A stretch of DNA of 63,595 nt, filler included, from Octopus bimaculoides (lineage: Eukaryota): NCBI RefSeq assembly GCF_001194135.2. It is 7 parts of 7 records of this genome, joined end to end, with 100 filler letters (N's around TTAATTAATTAA, not from the genome) between each part and the next. Parts side by side here need not be neighbours in the genome. Positions count along the whole stretch, not along the records: positions 1 to 17,205 come from NC_068985.1; 6 more parts are not named here. One strand, written 5' to 3'. Below the pieces are notes generated by a model. The model did no database searches. It was not told the DNA's origin and was given only the letters and a program-made list of their open reading frames with translations. A program made the position numbers and the translations under genes. Below are positions 1-12,264 of this stretch, piece by piece; within the stretch, counting starts at the first letter, position 1, and each line of letters opens with the position of its first letter.

Positions 1-107
1 AATGCCCGAGGCTATAATAGAAGACACTTGCCCAAGGTGCCACGCAGTGGGAATGAACCCGGAACCATGTGGCTGGTAAGCAAGCTACTTACCACACAGC
101 CACTCCT
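1..107 (-). mobile_element. tRNA-derived SINE family A, head
   Basis: Reverse complement GGAGTGGCTGTGTGGTAAGTAGCTTGCTTACC...GGTTCCGGGTTCA has A/B-box-like motifs. Same family at 16884, 44036, 49879 and 63549. Confidence 0.85.
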
Positions 108-187
108 ACGCCTACATATGTTTAATAAATCTCTAAAATGACACAGCAAAAATGCAACACAATTGAAAGATATTTGAATATCATTAC

Positions 188-293
188 CTGAAAATCAACA
201 ACTTGTGGCAGCAGATTAGCAAAATATCTCTCAACTGCAAACATGTAAGGTGCCGAATTAGAACGGAGAGATGCATGGGTACGTAGGAGCCAG
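188..293 (-). CDS. GLB1L2: GH35 beta-galactosidase exon (gene continues off the left edge)
   Basis: Acceptor tttttcccccag, donor GTAATG, 106 nt, phase 2-0. (S)WLLRTHASLRSNSAPYMFAVERYFANLLPQVVDFQ is the segment preceding the catalytic ENEY motif. Confidence 0.92.
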
Positions 294-431
294 CTGGGGG
301 AAAAAAAAAAACGAAGAAAAACATGAAAATTAATGACAAACTGGAATTTTGAAAGAGAAATCGTTGACATTTAATTACAAGAGATCTAATAGATCTAATA
401 GGTGAGGAGGGAGATCTGAAATAGCTGAGTG

Positions 432-560
432 TCATCATCATCATCATCACCATCATCATCATTGTTTAACGTCTGCTTTCCATGCTGGCATGGGTTGGAT
501 GGGTTGACATGGAGCTGGTCAGCCGAGAGCTGTCCAGACTCCATTTGTCTGTTTTGGTAT
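432..560 (-). mobile_element. RTE-tailed repeat, 3' end
   Basis: (CAT)n followed by gtttaacgtctgctttccatgctggcatgggttgga; same sequence at 3293, 6005 and 6490. Confidence 0.75.
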
Positions 561-564
561 GTAT

Positions 565-1245
565 CTCACAGCCACACGTGTACCTCACAGCGACACACGT
601 GCTTCACAGCCACACTTGTACCTCACAGCCACTCATGTCCCTCACAGCCACTCATGTACCTCACAGCCACACATGTCCCTCAAAGCCACTCATGTACCTC
701 ACAGCCACACTTGTACCTCACAGCCACACATGCCCCTCACAGCCACTCATGNNNNNNNNNNNNNNNNNNNNNNNNNNNNNNNNNNNNNNNNNNNNNNNNN
801 NNNNNNNNNNNNNNNNNNNNNNNNNNNNNNNNNNNNNNNNNNNNNNNNNNNNNNNNNNNNNNNNNNNNNNNNNNNNNNNNNNNNNNNNNNNNNNNNNNNN
901 NNNNNNNNNNNNNNNNNNNNNNNNNNNNNNNNNNNNNNNNNNNNNNNNNNNNNNNNNNNNNNNNNNNNNNNNNNNNNNNNNNNNNNNNNNNTGTACCTCA
1001 CAGCCACTCATGTCCCTCACAGCCACTCATGTACCTCACAGCCACACATGTCCCTCAAAGCCACTCATGTACCTCACAGCCACACTTGTACCTCACAGCC
1101 ACACATGTCCCTCACAGCCACACTTGTACCTCACAGCCACTCATGTACCTCACAGCCACTCATGTACCTCACAGCCACACTTGTACCTCACAGCCACACA
1201 TGTCCCTCACAGCCACTCATGTACCTCACAACTACACTTGTACTT
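565..1245 (+). repeat. 19-bp minisatellite (CACAGCCACTCATGTACCT)n with internal gap
   Basis: Units read directly. The stop-free 19-bp period explains the overlapping ORFs in all three + frames. Confidence 0.92.
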
Positions 1246-1368
1246 TAATCATGGCATGTACCTCAAAGCCATACCTGTAAACGAAGAGACCAAAACATCA
1301 AAGGGTTGTATTGAAGGGTTGTTCTCTTCAACACACAACTCTAAAGAAATGTAAGAGCAGTTAGTTAC

Positions 1369-1464
1369 CTGGGGAGTCCTCCAAAATCCCATTCAGAGCA
1401 GATATAGGGTCCTGGTCTCAGAATGACATACAAATCTAAACTGTGAGCAAATATAAGGAATTTC
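1369..1464 (-). CDS. GLB1L2: GH35 beta-galactosidase exon
   Basis: Acceptor tctttttatgtag, donor GTAACT, 96 nt, phase 2-2. (M)[31 protein letters not shown](S) carries the hallmark [14 protein letters not shown]. Confidence 0.95.
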
Positions 1465-1719
1465 CTACATAAAAAGATAAGAGAAGAGAGACATTATTTA
1501 ATAAAATGGTTTATATTTTTGGTACCTTAAAAAAAATACAATGAAAATATACAGGAAAGAGGAAATGCTGCAGCCTCCACCTCCACCATTTTAATAGTCA
1601 TTTAAATATGGTAATGAAAGAAATATACAGAGATATAGATTTTTATTTTTATTATATTTTTCAAAATTAAAAGATGTCTTCAAAGTGAATTTGGTAAAAG
1701 GAAAGTGTGGAACCCAATC

Positions 1720-1945
1720 ATGTGTGTGTGTGTGTGTGTGAATAATCGACACCATCACCATTTGACAACTGGTGTTGGTTCGTTAGCATCCCTTGTAACA
1801 TTAGCAGTTCCTCAAAAGAGACCAACAAGAAAAGTACCAGACTTTAGGAAAAAAAAAATGAAACTTATGTATTAGGGTCAGTTTGTCTCACTGAAAACCT
1901 ATCAAGGCAGTGTCCCAGCATGGCCATAGCTCAGTGAAAAAGTTC
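1720..1945 (+). mobile_element. SINE family A, 3' half
   Basis: (TG)n, then ttgacaactggtgttggt...ttagcagttc...caaaagagacc...cccagcatggcc, matching the body at 44240-44436. Confidence 0.7.
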
Positions 1946-2083
1946 TTGGCACAGTATAATAGATTTGAAAATGTGCATACACATATGTACATTTATACAC
2001 ACACCTATAGATATTTCCATACATATGTGTACATGTGTACATAAGATAGCACAAAGAAGAGTGTATACTCATATCAGGTGGAT

Positions 2084-2474
2084 GTTGTTGTTGTTGGCAC
2101 TCCGTCACTTACGACGTTGAGGGTTCCAGTTGATCCGATCAACGGAACAGCCTGCTCGTGAAATTAACGTGCAAGTGGCTGAGCACTCCACAGACACGTG
2201 TACCCTTAACGTAGTTCTCGGGGATACTCAGCGTGACACAGTGTGACAAAGCTGACCCTTTGAATTACATGTACAACAGAAACAGGAAGAAAGAGTGAGA
2301 GAAAGTTGTGGTGAAAGAGTATAGGAGGGTTCGCCATCATCCCCTGCTGGAGCCTCATGGAGCTTTAGGTGTTTACGCTCAATAAACACTCACAACGCCC
2401 AGTCTGGGAATCGAAACCGCGATCCTATGACTGCGAGTCCGCTGCTCTAACCACTGGGCCATTGCGCCTCCACA
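2084..2474 (-). mobile_element. tRNA-derived SINE family C, near full length
   Basis: Head GTGGAGGCGCAATGGCCCAGTGGTTAGAGCAGCGGACTCGCAGTCATAGGATCGCGGTTTCGATTCCC, about 300-nt body, (CAA)n tail. Confidence 0.8.
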
Positions 2475-2654
2475 GGTGGATGTAAGAGTCATCAAAAAAA
2501 AAAAAACAGGATTAGATCTCTTACTCTCAAGGGTCCCAGATGAATTTAACTTCACAGCAAGAAGTGCAAGAGAAGGCAGCTGTGTCAGATTCTCTCATGC
2601 ATCGAATGTCAAGTTCTAAAAAACTTATTTTGCAAAGTAAAAAATTTTTCCAAG

Positions 2655-2693
<39 letters not shown>

Positions 2694-2961
2694 TAGGTCA
2701 CTGACTGGAATCAAACTCGGAATCTTGGAATGAGAACCCAGGTTTGAAATTCCCCCAGGACACCTGATGAAGGCTGGAGAGTACATCAGTTGAAACAAAT
2801 ATCCGTCGAATGTAAATAATGTAGATAAGTACACGGTTTAAAGAAATAAGAACCAGGATTGATTTGTTCAACTAAACCCCTTCAACGTAGTACCTCAGCA
2901 TAACCACAGTCCAATGACTGAAACAAGTAAAAAATAAAAGAATTATAAAAGCATCACTTAC

Positions 2962-3030
2962 ATTAAGTCTAATATTCCGTAAAATACATAGTGGTTTGGA
3001 GAAGGTTCGTGCAGATTCCAAGGGACATAT
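2962..3030 (-). CDS. GLB1L2: GH35 beta-galactosidase exon
   Basis: Acceptor tttggtttcag, donor GTAAGT, 69 nt, phase 2-2. (T)YVPWNLHEPSPNHYVFYGILDL(M) carries the YVPWNLHEP motif and splices in frame after 8758-8946. Confidence 0.95.
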
Positions 3031-3292
3031 CTGAAACCAAAATTAGGAAAAAACATTTAGTTTATAAATTGTGGGTAACATCGAAATTGTAGAAAGTATA
3101 GATGCCATACTTATCTCTAATCCTCTCATGCCTATGAGATGCATGAGATTTTGAATTTTCACCAAACATGACAATCTTGTGCCATTTCTCTTAAGTCATC
3201 CCAAAATTCTTCAGCCCCCTTCTTCCCCAGGTTCCTAGTGATTGTCTTCTTCCTTCTCTTCTACTAATAATAGCAATTCTATCTGATTTTGG

Positions 3293-3790
3293 CATCATCA
3301 TCATCATCATCGTTTAATGTCCACTTTCCATGCTAGCATGGGATGGACGATTTGACTGAGGACTGGTGAACCAGATGGCTACACCAGGCTCCAATCTAAT
3401 TTGGCAGAGTTTCTACAGCTGGATGCCCTTCCTAACGCCAACCACTCAGAGAGTGTAGTGGGTGCTTTTACGTGTCACCTGCACGAAAACGGCCACGCTC
3501 GAAATGGTGTCTTTTATGTGCCACCCGCACAAGAGCCAGNNNNNNNNNNCACCTCGGTGAGGCCCAATGTTCGAAGGTCTTGCCTCACCACCTCAGCCCA
3601 GGTCTTCCTGGGCCTACCTCTTCCACGGGTTCCCTCAACTGTTAGGGAGTGGCACTTTTTCACGCAGCTATCCTCATTCATTCTCACCACATGTCCAAAC
3701 CAGCGCAATCGTCTCTCTTGCACACCACTACTGATGCTTCTTATGTTCAGCTTTTCTCTCAAGATACTTACACTCTGACGGGTATGCACA
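3293..3790 (-). mobile_element. RTE LINE 3' end with (ATG)n tail
   Basis: ORF 3514-3789 has RRLRWFGHVVRM...GRGRPRKTW (RTE C-terminus). A second copy lies at 10575-10850. Confidence 0.9.
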
Positions 3791-4057
3791 TTTACATTTA
3801 CATATATATATATTCGAAACGTCTAGTTACAATAGAAGTAGCTGACGAAAGAATAATTCCAAGTGGCTACCTGTTTTCCTATGTGTTCGTTCTGTTGTCT
3901 GTAATTCATTTTTCTAACGTCCTGTACCCTGATATGCATCTATATGCACATGTAGATGTAAGTATGTGCATATATGTGTGTATACATGCATATATATTCT
4001 TTCTATTATATATATATATATATATATATACATATATATATTAATCATAAGGAGACA

Positions 4058-4237
4058 TTAAAGTGTCTATCTGCTAGAAATGAGAGTTAAACTCCTCATA
4101 TCGACCACCAAAACATTAACATTGAAAATAACAGAATCAACAGTATTCAGGCAAGTGGATCAAAAGAAATCTCTCAAATTTTGGGGTGGTCCAAATGAGG
4201 ATTTTTAACTCTCATCTCTAGCAGGTAGACACTTTAA
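4058..4237. mobile_element. MITE with ~55-bp TIRs and TTAA ends (Kolobok-like)
   Basis: ttaaAGTGTCTATCTGCTAGAAATGAGAGTTAA ... TTAACTCTCATCTCTAGCAGGTAGACACTttaa. Confidence 0.7.
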
Positions 4238-5044
4238 TGTGGCCTGATTAATATGATTTTAATTCTATAGCTATATAATGCTGTTTTAGGCCTGCAACAA
4301 CCTATGTCTATGTTGCTTTTATTATCATCGATTTGTATTGCCTTCAATAATAATAGCAATATTAATATCTATATAAATATTCACTTCTGAATATTTTGCT
4401 GCTGGTATATATATATATATCTGCTGGGTTCCGCTGCTCTACATTGATAAGGGGCAACACCCTGAAACTAGTCTGTCTGTAGATGCCGGACCAGCAAGAG
4501 TAAGTGGCTGACCTCCCCTGTTCGAAGGTTATAATAGACACAGGTTCGTGTATCACAAAGCTAGCTAGAGGCGATGGCCTCTTGGAGCTAATCAACAGCA
4601 GCATTCGTCCTATTTTTCTGGACTGCCATGTTAGCTTGGTGATAACTATTAATATATATATATCAGAGTAATTGCGCTAAGCAGTGTTTATGTATAATCA
4701 GAATTTAGGTTAGTTTAGATATGTTTGTCACATATTTCAACTGGTAAAGGCAAATACACTTCAGTTAACGTGGAGAAAAAAAAAATCTCTCTTATAGTAA
4801 AAAGGTGTGAAAACACCTCATTTGTTCAGTGTTACCCTTTCTCAGGAATCTCCTAATGTACCTAAGAGAGGTAACCCTAAACGAACTGATAAAGCTTATA
4901 GCTTTATATATATATATATATAAATTCAAAAAGGGATAAAAATCTTTTACAAGAATTTTATCAGGAAGCCAGTGTGTAAAAAAATTCATAAGGGAAATTT
5001 CTATTCCCAAGAATATAATTATTTGTTTATATAAATATAAACGA

Positions 5045-5117
<73 letters not shown>

Positions 5118-6004
5118 CATACAGGCATAGATATAAATACATATACACATACATGTTAATACATGCTCACTTATAAATGCGTGTGTATTATATAACATTA
5201 TTATGGAGAATGGGTTAAGTACACTGCCAAATTAATGTCACTACCATCTTTTCCATCACCATGACAACCACCGCTATACCCCCTCCTTCCTTTCACAATC
5301 ATCACACCTACTGTACCACCAAAATGAACCACAAAATATAATACCCTAGAAAATTGTACAAATTATTTAGCTCGGTGTGAAGGAAGTAGCTTCGGTCATC
5401 AGTACATTGTAATGACCAGTGCTATCGGACACTTTCATTGTATGCTTGATAACTGGTTGCCAAAGAACAAACAAGTGATTAATAGGTGAGAGCAGTAACT
5501 AAACGAACTCTACTAATTATTATCTGAGAAACAGAGACAACAGGGTTTTAAGAAGGCAACATGATTGTAGCAGAGAATTAAGGACAAAAGGCAATCACAT
5601 CTTGTGGTCTGTCCATCAGTCCATCAGTTTTGTTATTTGTCAGTGAGTGTAGAGTAGGTAGTGTAATTATCACAGGAAATGGATGAACATAACATTTTGA
5701 AGAGGAAAACAAAGGACACAAAAAGCAAATCAAAGAAATAAAGAAAAAAAAAATACGGTAACATTAATCAAGGAAAAAACATGAAAGAACAGATACACAC
5801 ATATACACAAACATACACTCCAAAACATACTCATACACATACAAACACACACATATACATAAACATATATTTATAAATATATAAATATATCTATACATAC
5901 TACATACATAAATATCTGTCTATCTGTCCATCTACCTATCTATTGGTCTATTTACCTCTTTATTTCTCTTTATCTCTCTCTCTCTCTCTCTCTCTTTGTG
6001 TGTG

Positions 6005-6240
6005 TGTCATCATCATCATCATCATCATTATAATTTAACATCTGGCATGAGTTGGATGATTTGACAGGAGCTGACAAGGCTGGGAACCATACCAGGTTCC
6101 AATTGTCTGTTTTGGCATGGTGTCCACAGCTGGATACCCTTCCTAATGCCAACCATCTTACAGAGTGTACTGGGTGCTTTTTACGTGGCACCAGCACCAG
6201 TGCTTATTATGTACCACCATCACCAACAAGGTCAACAAGT
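6005..6240 (-). mobile_element. RTE-tailed repeat (second copy at ~6490-6720)
   Basis: ggatgcccttcctaatgccaacc...gagtgtactgggtgcttttt shared with 3293-3540. Confidence 0.75.
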
Positions 6241-6273
6241 ACCTTACAACATAAAAAAAAGGCAAAATATATA

Positions 6274-6485
6274 CAGGGTGGCCCAAAAGTAGGTTTAAAG
6301 TTATCACATAGGCACTTTAAATTTCTTTTAAAACATTTTATTACATTTAGATTTCTATCTAACAATTAACTAAATTAACATAGTATAATGGTTTCATATT
6401 TTTTTATAATTAAGATCTAAACTATTAATGTATGAATGTGAAAGAGACAGTTGAATAACTGTAAACCTGCTTTGGGGCTACTCTG
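6274..6485. mobile_element. Tc1/mariner-type MITE
   Basis: TA-flanked TIRs CAGGGTGGCCCAAAAGTAGGTTTA / TAAACCTGCTTTGGGGCTACTCTG. Confidence 0.7.
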
Positions 6486-7082
6486 TATAATCATTCATTG
6501 TCTGTTTTCCATGCTGGCATGAGTTGGATGGTTTTACAAGATCCAATGAGGAAGAGGACTGTGTCAGGTTGCAATGTCTACATGGCTTTTACAGTTGGAT
6601 GTCCCTTCTAATGCCAACCACTCTACAGAATGTGCTGGATGTCTTTTTGTAGCACAGGCACTAGTGAGGTCATCAAGTAACTCGTAAAACAAGAACCCTT
6701 AACAGAAAAGGGGCAGGGGTGAAGTATTGGAGACGGCTTTGAGCTAGATGTAAAAAAAGTTTAAAGTATGATAGAGGGGGAGAAACAGGCATCTTGCTGC
6801 AGAGGAGATATATGGTTACCCAAGCAGATAAAGAAGAAAGAATGGTGGAGATGAGGTGTCAAGGTGTAACCTGGGGTATAAGGAGGTGAATAAGTAGAGA
6901 ATATGGATTGAGAATCAAGGATGGCTGAGTGGGTCGGTTCAAGAGTGTGAAAGGAGAATGAGAGATAGTAGAGATGAGGGTAGAGGTGAATGAAGTGAAT
7001 GGTAAACATGGGTGGGAGGCATGGTAAGCTTGGAAGAAGGTGAAGGAAAATAGGGGTGGATCAGCATAGGAGGTAATACACA

Positions 7083-7318
7083 CATCTTATTTCTTTATTG
7101 CCCACAAGGGGATAAACATAGAGGGGACAAAAAGGACAGACAAAGGGATTAAGTCGATTACATCGACCCCAGTGCGTAACTGGTACTTAATTTATCGACC
7201 CTGAAAGGATGAAAAGCAAAGTCAACCTCGGCAGAATTTGAACTCAGAACGTAGCGGCAGACAAAATACCACTAAGCATTTCACCCGGCACGCTAACTTT
7301 TCTGCCAGCTCGTCACCT
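7083..7318 (-). mobile_element. tRNA-derived SINE family B (Meta-domain-like body)
   Basis: Body GTCGACTTTGCCTTTCATCCTTTCGGGGTCGATAAATTAAGTACCAG, tail aataaagaaataag. Copies at 12069, 16007, 16616, 20897, 25327, 50282 and 53358. Confidence 0.85.
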
Positions 7319-7559
7319 TATACATACATACATCTTGTGCACCTATAGATCACACAAGGTGCACTGTGTGGCATTTCTACCCACCTCTTTCCAAGAAACT
7401 ATGAGAGGCCAATTCTTTGATGCTACCAAAATCCTCTCTTCTTTTCTAGAAATTAAAACCTTTGTGTTTGCTAAGTTGAACCTGAGGCCACTCAATTTAA
7501 AATTTTGTTTCCATGCTTGAATTTTTTCTCTAGACCTTCCAGAGTTTTTGCTATAAGCA

Positions 7560-7870
7560 CTAAATCATCAGCATACAGGAATTCCCATAGGCAGTCAGTC
7601 TCTGTTATGATTAAATAGGACAGGGTTAAGAACAGAGCCCCAGTGGACACCAACTTGCACTTCATATTCTTTACTCAACTCATTTCCACTCCTCACTTTT
7701 CTGATTGCATCTCTGTGTATTGTTAGCATGTCCTTAAGGGACATTTTGACTATATAATTATCTACCTTAATAGCAGGCCCCCTCAGGTAAACATCAGGAA
7801 GACCCTTTTCCTTCCACACATTTTTCACATTCAACAACCTCTCAGGATGAGAAATATACACTTTCATCTG
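7560..7870 (-). mobile_element. RTE reverse-transcriptase fragment
   Basis: VQVGVHWGSVLNPVLF (GVxQGSVLSP motif, decayed), followed by tatgctgatgat (YADD). Confidence 0.7.
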
Positions 7871-8419
7871 GGAAGAAAACCTCTACAGTACTAGTTTCAC
7901 AAAAAATAAATGCACCCAGTTCACACTGTAAAGTGTTTGATGATAGGAAGGGCATCTGGCCTATCATACCTCAACTCAATGCCACACATACACACACACG
8001 TGTAACATAACAGACAAAGGAAAACACAGAGTGTTGGTTGACTAATTGCTAGTTCCCAGCGGACCAGTTAATTACTATTTTATCAGTCTGTTCGAAAAAT
8101 GCACTTAAAGACTGATGTACCAAATGATTTACAAATCTTTACTAGTAATTTTTACTCAAGGTCAATCAATGAAAATCAGTACAAAGTTTGTTTCTCCCTT
8201 TCTCTCTAATTATCTGTTTTCTCTTTCTCTCTCTCACTTGCTTCCTGTTTCTTTATTTTCCTTTCTGCACGAAGAAATCTATATACCTGTCATTGTAATG
8301 AGATTAGTCCAAAAAAGAGACTTAACACCTCGCGCTTTCATATTCCGGCATTATAAAAGAATGATATATATATATATATAAAAAAGCATTAGAAAAGAAT
8401 GATATATATATATAAAAAA

Positions 8420-8560
8420 AAGCAGATTTAGGGTCATTCGTAGCATCCTTGTGTAGCATCCATTTAGGCCATTTGATAATTTCTTTATCAGTGTCCCTGC
8501 TTCACTGCTACATAATAGCACTGATGCGACAGTTGCAATGAACAGTGTGATACTCCACCA
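8420..8560 (-). mobile_element. RTE LINE fragment
   Basis: ATVASVLLCSSEAGTLIKKLSNGLNGCYTRMLRM, same type as 45080-45960. Confidence 0.65.
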
Positions 8561-8757
8561 CCACACTACAGACCTCTACTGCTACTCAACACCACAATAC
8601 AACATGTTCTTAATAATGCATTTAATCTCCACACAACACAATTCCACAACCAAGCTGCAACCAGAAACCTTACCCCATTGCCACACATCATCACAAAACA
8701 TACCCACACATACGCCATACAGGATAACTTCAGTAAAATATGTGATAATGAACTCAC

Positions 8758-8946
8758 GTAACTACTGTATTCAGGCCACATGCTTTTAGTTTCTTCAAAA
8801 CAGACATCCAATATTGTGGAACAATCCTAAAGTAATGGACAGATCCAGCTAAAATGCGAATCTTCTTTCCTTTCAAATAGAACTGCTGCTTTTCAAATGT
8901 CAAAGATTGAGTCGGTGGAGCAGAAAAGGCTTCTCCTTGGATATTT
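8758..8946 (-). CDS. GLB1L2: GH35 beta-galactosidase (GLB1L2/GLB1L3-like), exon
   Basis: Acceptor ttttcattttgcag, donor GTGAGT, 189 nt, phase 2-2. Translation (R)NIQGEAFSAPPTQSLTFEKQQFYLKGKKIRILAGSVHYFRIVPQYWMSVLKKLKACGLNTVV(T) has the GH35 motifs GSVHYFR and KACGLNT. The symbol is the closest family label, not proven orthology. Confidence 0.93.
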
Positions 8947-10012
8947 CTGCAAAATGAAAATAGAGAGAAACATTATAGAATATTATCAAAATAAACTTTT
9001 TTCTTTTTGCTATAGAAGCAGTAAATGTTTTGTTAGGTTTGTTAACCCCTAAAAAGAGAACTGGGCCTGATCCATTGCTCCAATATTTCTGAGTTAGAAA
9101 ATAAATAAAAAAAAAAACACAAGAGTCAATGTCTTCTAGAATATATATAGATATACTCTTTATGTGTATATTGAAAAATGTCTTACATAGTAAAATGTTT
9201 AATTTAATCTAATTTTATTCGCCTCAGGTTATATCATGCTGATGATTTCAAATAAGAATGAAATGGTGCTATATGTGACCAGATATTTTAAGATTTTCGT
9301 AATGAATAAGAAAAAAGAAATTAAATATATATATTCTGTACATCTAATTCATTGCTCTTTGATTTAAAATTCAGCTTCTAATCCTACTGTGATTGAGCTA
9401 GAAACACTTAACTCTCTTACAATAATTATTAGTTTCATCAGGACACACCATATATGCAAGATGTTGTTTTACATAATTTTAAACACATATGGCCATTTTA
9501 TATCTTGTAAAATTAGTTTTGTCTTCTTCAGGTTAAAAGCATCATTAAGCTTCATTTCTAAAAAAGTTAACATCATAGCACCTTGCTATCTTCACTACAA
9601 CTCTGATAATAATATTTGTTACCATAATCTGAAAACTATATCAGAAGGAAGGAATTCCAACCACGCTTCATGGTTTGCTACCTCAACAGCTCCTTTATAG
9701 GAACCATGTCCGGTTTCGACTCCTATTCCTCTACCGTTCAAAGGTCATGCTTCACCAGCTATCCCATGTCTTCCTGAGTCTATCTCTTCAACAGGTTATA
9801 TATATATATATATATATAAATTGTAAATGCAAAAATAAAAACAAAACACAAAGGATTCTGCGGTACACGTGTTTCAAGCTTTATAGTTGTTACATCAGTG
9901 TATAATTGACAGTATAAAGCTATCTTCAGCCGCAAATGTATTCTCTCCCAAGAATTATATCACATAGACGTTAAAGGAGGAAGAAAGATGAGATATAAGA
10001 GGTGAGGTTCCG

Positions 10013-10053
<41 letters not shown>

Positions 10054-10574
10054 TGCCTGTATATATGTATGTATGTGCAAGTGTATATATATGTGTGCAT
10101 GTGTGTGTGTACATATGGATATTTATGCATATGTATACACATGAAGACGTGTATATATATGTGAATGTGAGAACATACATGTGTGTACGTAGATGCAGGT
10201 GTGTATGTATGGGTGTGTGTATTTGTGTGTGTGGATATATGTATACACGCATGTGCAGATGTGTGGATGTATGTGTATGTAGATGTATGTGTGTGACTAA
10301 ATAAGAGCGCACCATACCAACTGTGAAAAATGAACAAAATGACCTCAAATTAATAGATTCAGAAAGGTCATCTTTTGACAAGAGCTCACAACCTTTTTTT
10401 GATCACTACCATTTTCAACTACTTTTTGTCTTTTTACCGCCCACCTTTTTTTCTCATTCCTTTCCTTCTTTTTTTTCCTCTTTTCCCTTTTCACACATGC
10501 TGTTGTATTTACTTTTTGCATTCTTCTATTATGTTTTTATTTTATTTTTATATTAGTCTTCATATTTTCTGTTT

Positions 10575-10850
10575 TTATACAGTGAGGCCTAATGTTCAAA
10601 GGTCGTGCTTCACCACCTCATCTCAGGTCTTCCTGGGTCTACCTCTTCTACAGGTTCCCTCAACCGCTAGGGTGTAGCACTTTTTCACACAGCTATCCTC
10701 ATCCATTCTCGCCACATGACCATACCAGTGCAGTCGTCTCTCTTGCACGCCACATCTGATGCTTGTTAGGTCCAACTTTTCTTTCAAGGTACTTACACTC
10801 TGTCGAGTATGCACACTGACATTACACATCCAGCGGAGCATACTGGCTTC
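10575..10850 (-). mobile_element. RTE LINE 3' fragment
   Basis: ERRLHWYGHVARMDEDSCVKKC...GRPRKT in ORF 10623-11129. Confidence 0.85.
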
Positions 10851-11687
10851 ATATATATATATATATATATATATGATATTTACCACATGAACTATGATGA
10901 AAAAAATTTGAGAAGGATATGGTATGTAATTTTTTCGTGCAGGGGTTCCTTGAGACATGCAATTTATTTTTAGGGTTATGCAAGGGTAAATAGTTGAGAA
11001 ACATTGGTATACTTTGTCTGAAAAATTAGATGGAATGATCATGGCTGGAATGCCTTTCATCAAGAGATGACCTGAGGTAAAGCCACCCCCACCTGCTCCA
11101 CCATCAACCCTCTGATATTCCACCCCCACCCCCCATGTTTTTTCTTAAAGAAGCCAACCTACAAATGTTTATATTGAATACCAATCACATCAGTCTCTTT
11201 AAAAGCCCCGTAAAGGTCATGATTAACTAAATGAAAGACAGAAAGATCATCAGAGATGACTGAAGGAAGAATACAACAGACTGACATGTTGGTATGTGGC
11301 TGGTATGTGAGGAATTAGGAGAGAGCAGATGATGAAGAGAAAGGGGTTCAGGAAAAGAGAGGATAGGGGGGAAGAGCGGAAAAGATAGAAAAACAGGGAG
11401 GAAGAGGGAGAGAGAGACAGACAGGGTGTGAGAGACAGAGAGAAACAAACGAAAGAAAGAAAGAAAGAAAAAGAAAGATAGAGAGAAAGAAGGGTGTTGG
11501 GTAACATGTAATCTTGTTATGAGATTAAGTTAAAACATTTCCTCCTAAATTTGACATAGAAAATATCCTAATGGCCGATGAGGGAGTGCCTGTGTGGTTG
11601 TATGCACAACTAGCCTTCTTCCAATCACACCCCACCTACAAGCTAACAAAAAAAGGACATGTTAGATAATATACTGTCTTCTTTGTA

Positions 11688-12068
11688 TTGGGTCATCCCA
11701 TAAATAATGCGGCCTTTTCAATTACATGAACAGACAGTCAGAGGGGAATGGGATAAACTACCAGCATCAACTTGCTATAAAAGCAGGTAGTAATTTTACA
11801 TTGTCTTTATTCTTAGTGCAAGTTTTGAGGAGTGCAGTTCAATTTTAACAGTTATTTTTTTCAAAGCTGTAATGGAAGCGACAACGGAGCATATTCGGCA
11901 TATTTTACTTTATGAGTTCAATAAAGGCAACAATGCAATGAAGAGTGCTAGGAATATTAATGCAGTATGTGGAGATCGGACAAAAAGCATAAGCCAGTGT
12001 CAAAGGTGGTTCCAGAAATTCCGAGCCAGAAACTACAGCCCAGAAGATGAGCCTCATCCTGGAAGATC
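11688..12068 (+). mobile_element. Mariner 5' end (TIR plus HTH), truncated at a SINE B copy
   Basis: TA|TTGGGTCATCCCATAAATAATGCGG; MEATTEHIRHILLYEFNKGNNAMKSARNINAVCG...QRWFQKFR (Mos1/Hsmar-type HTH). Confidence 0.85.
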
Positions 12069-12264
12069 TTAGCGGTATTTCGTCTGCCGTTACATTCTGA
12101 GTTGAAATTCCGCCGAGGTTGACTTTGCCTTTCATCCTTTCGGGGTCGATAAATTAAGTACCAGTTATGTACTGGTGTCGATGTAATTGACTTAATCCCT
12201 TTGTCTGTCCTTGTTTGTTCCCTCTATGTTTAGCCCCTTGTGGGCAATAAAAGAAATAAGAATA
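12069..12264 (+). mobile_element. SINE family B, 5'-truncated
   Basis: cttagcggtatttcgtctgccgttac...aataaaagaaataagaa. Confidence 0.85.

Noticed and set aside
429-1354. 230-290-aa His/Thr/Ser ORFs
   Set aside because: Produced by a 19-bp minisatellite plus an N gap; antisense to a GH35 intron.
2400-2474. tRNA gene (also the heads at 1-107, 16884 and 44036)
   Set aside because: tRNA-like A/B boxes run into multi-copy SINE bodies; no complete cloverleaf.
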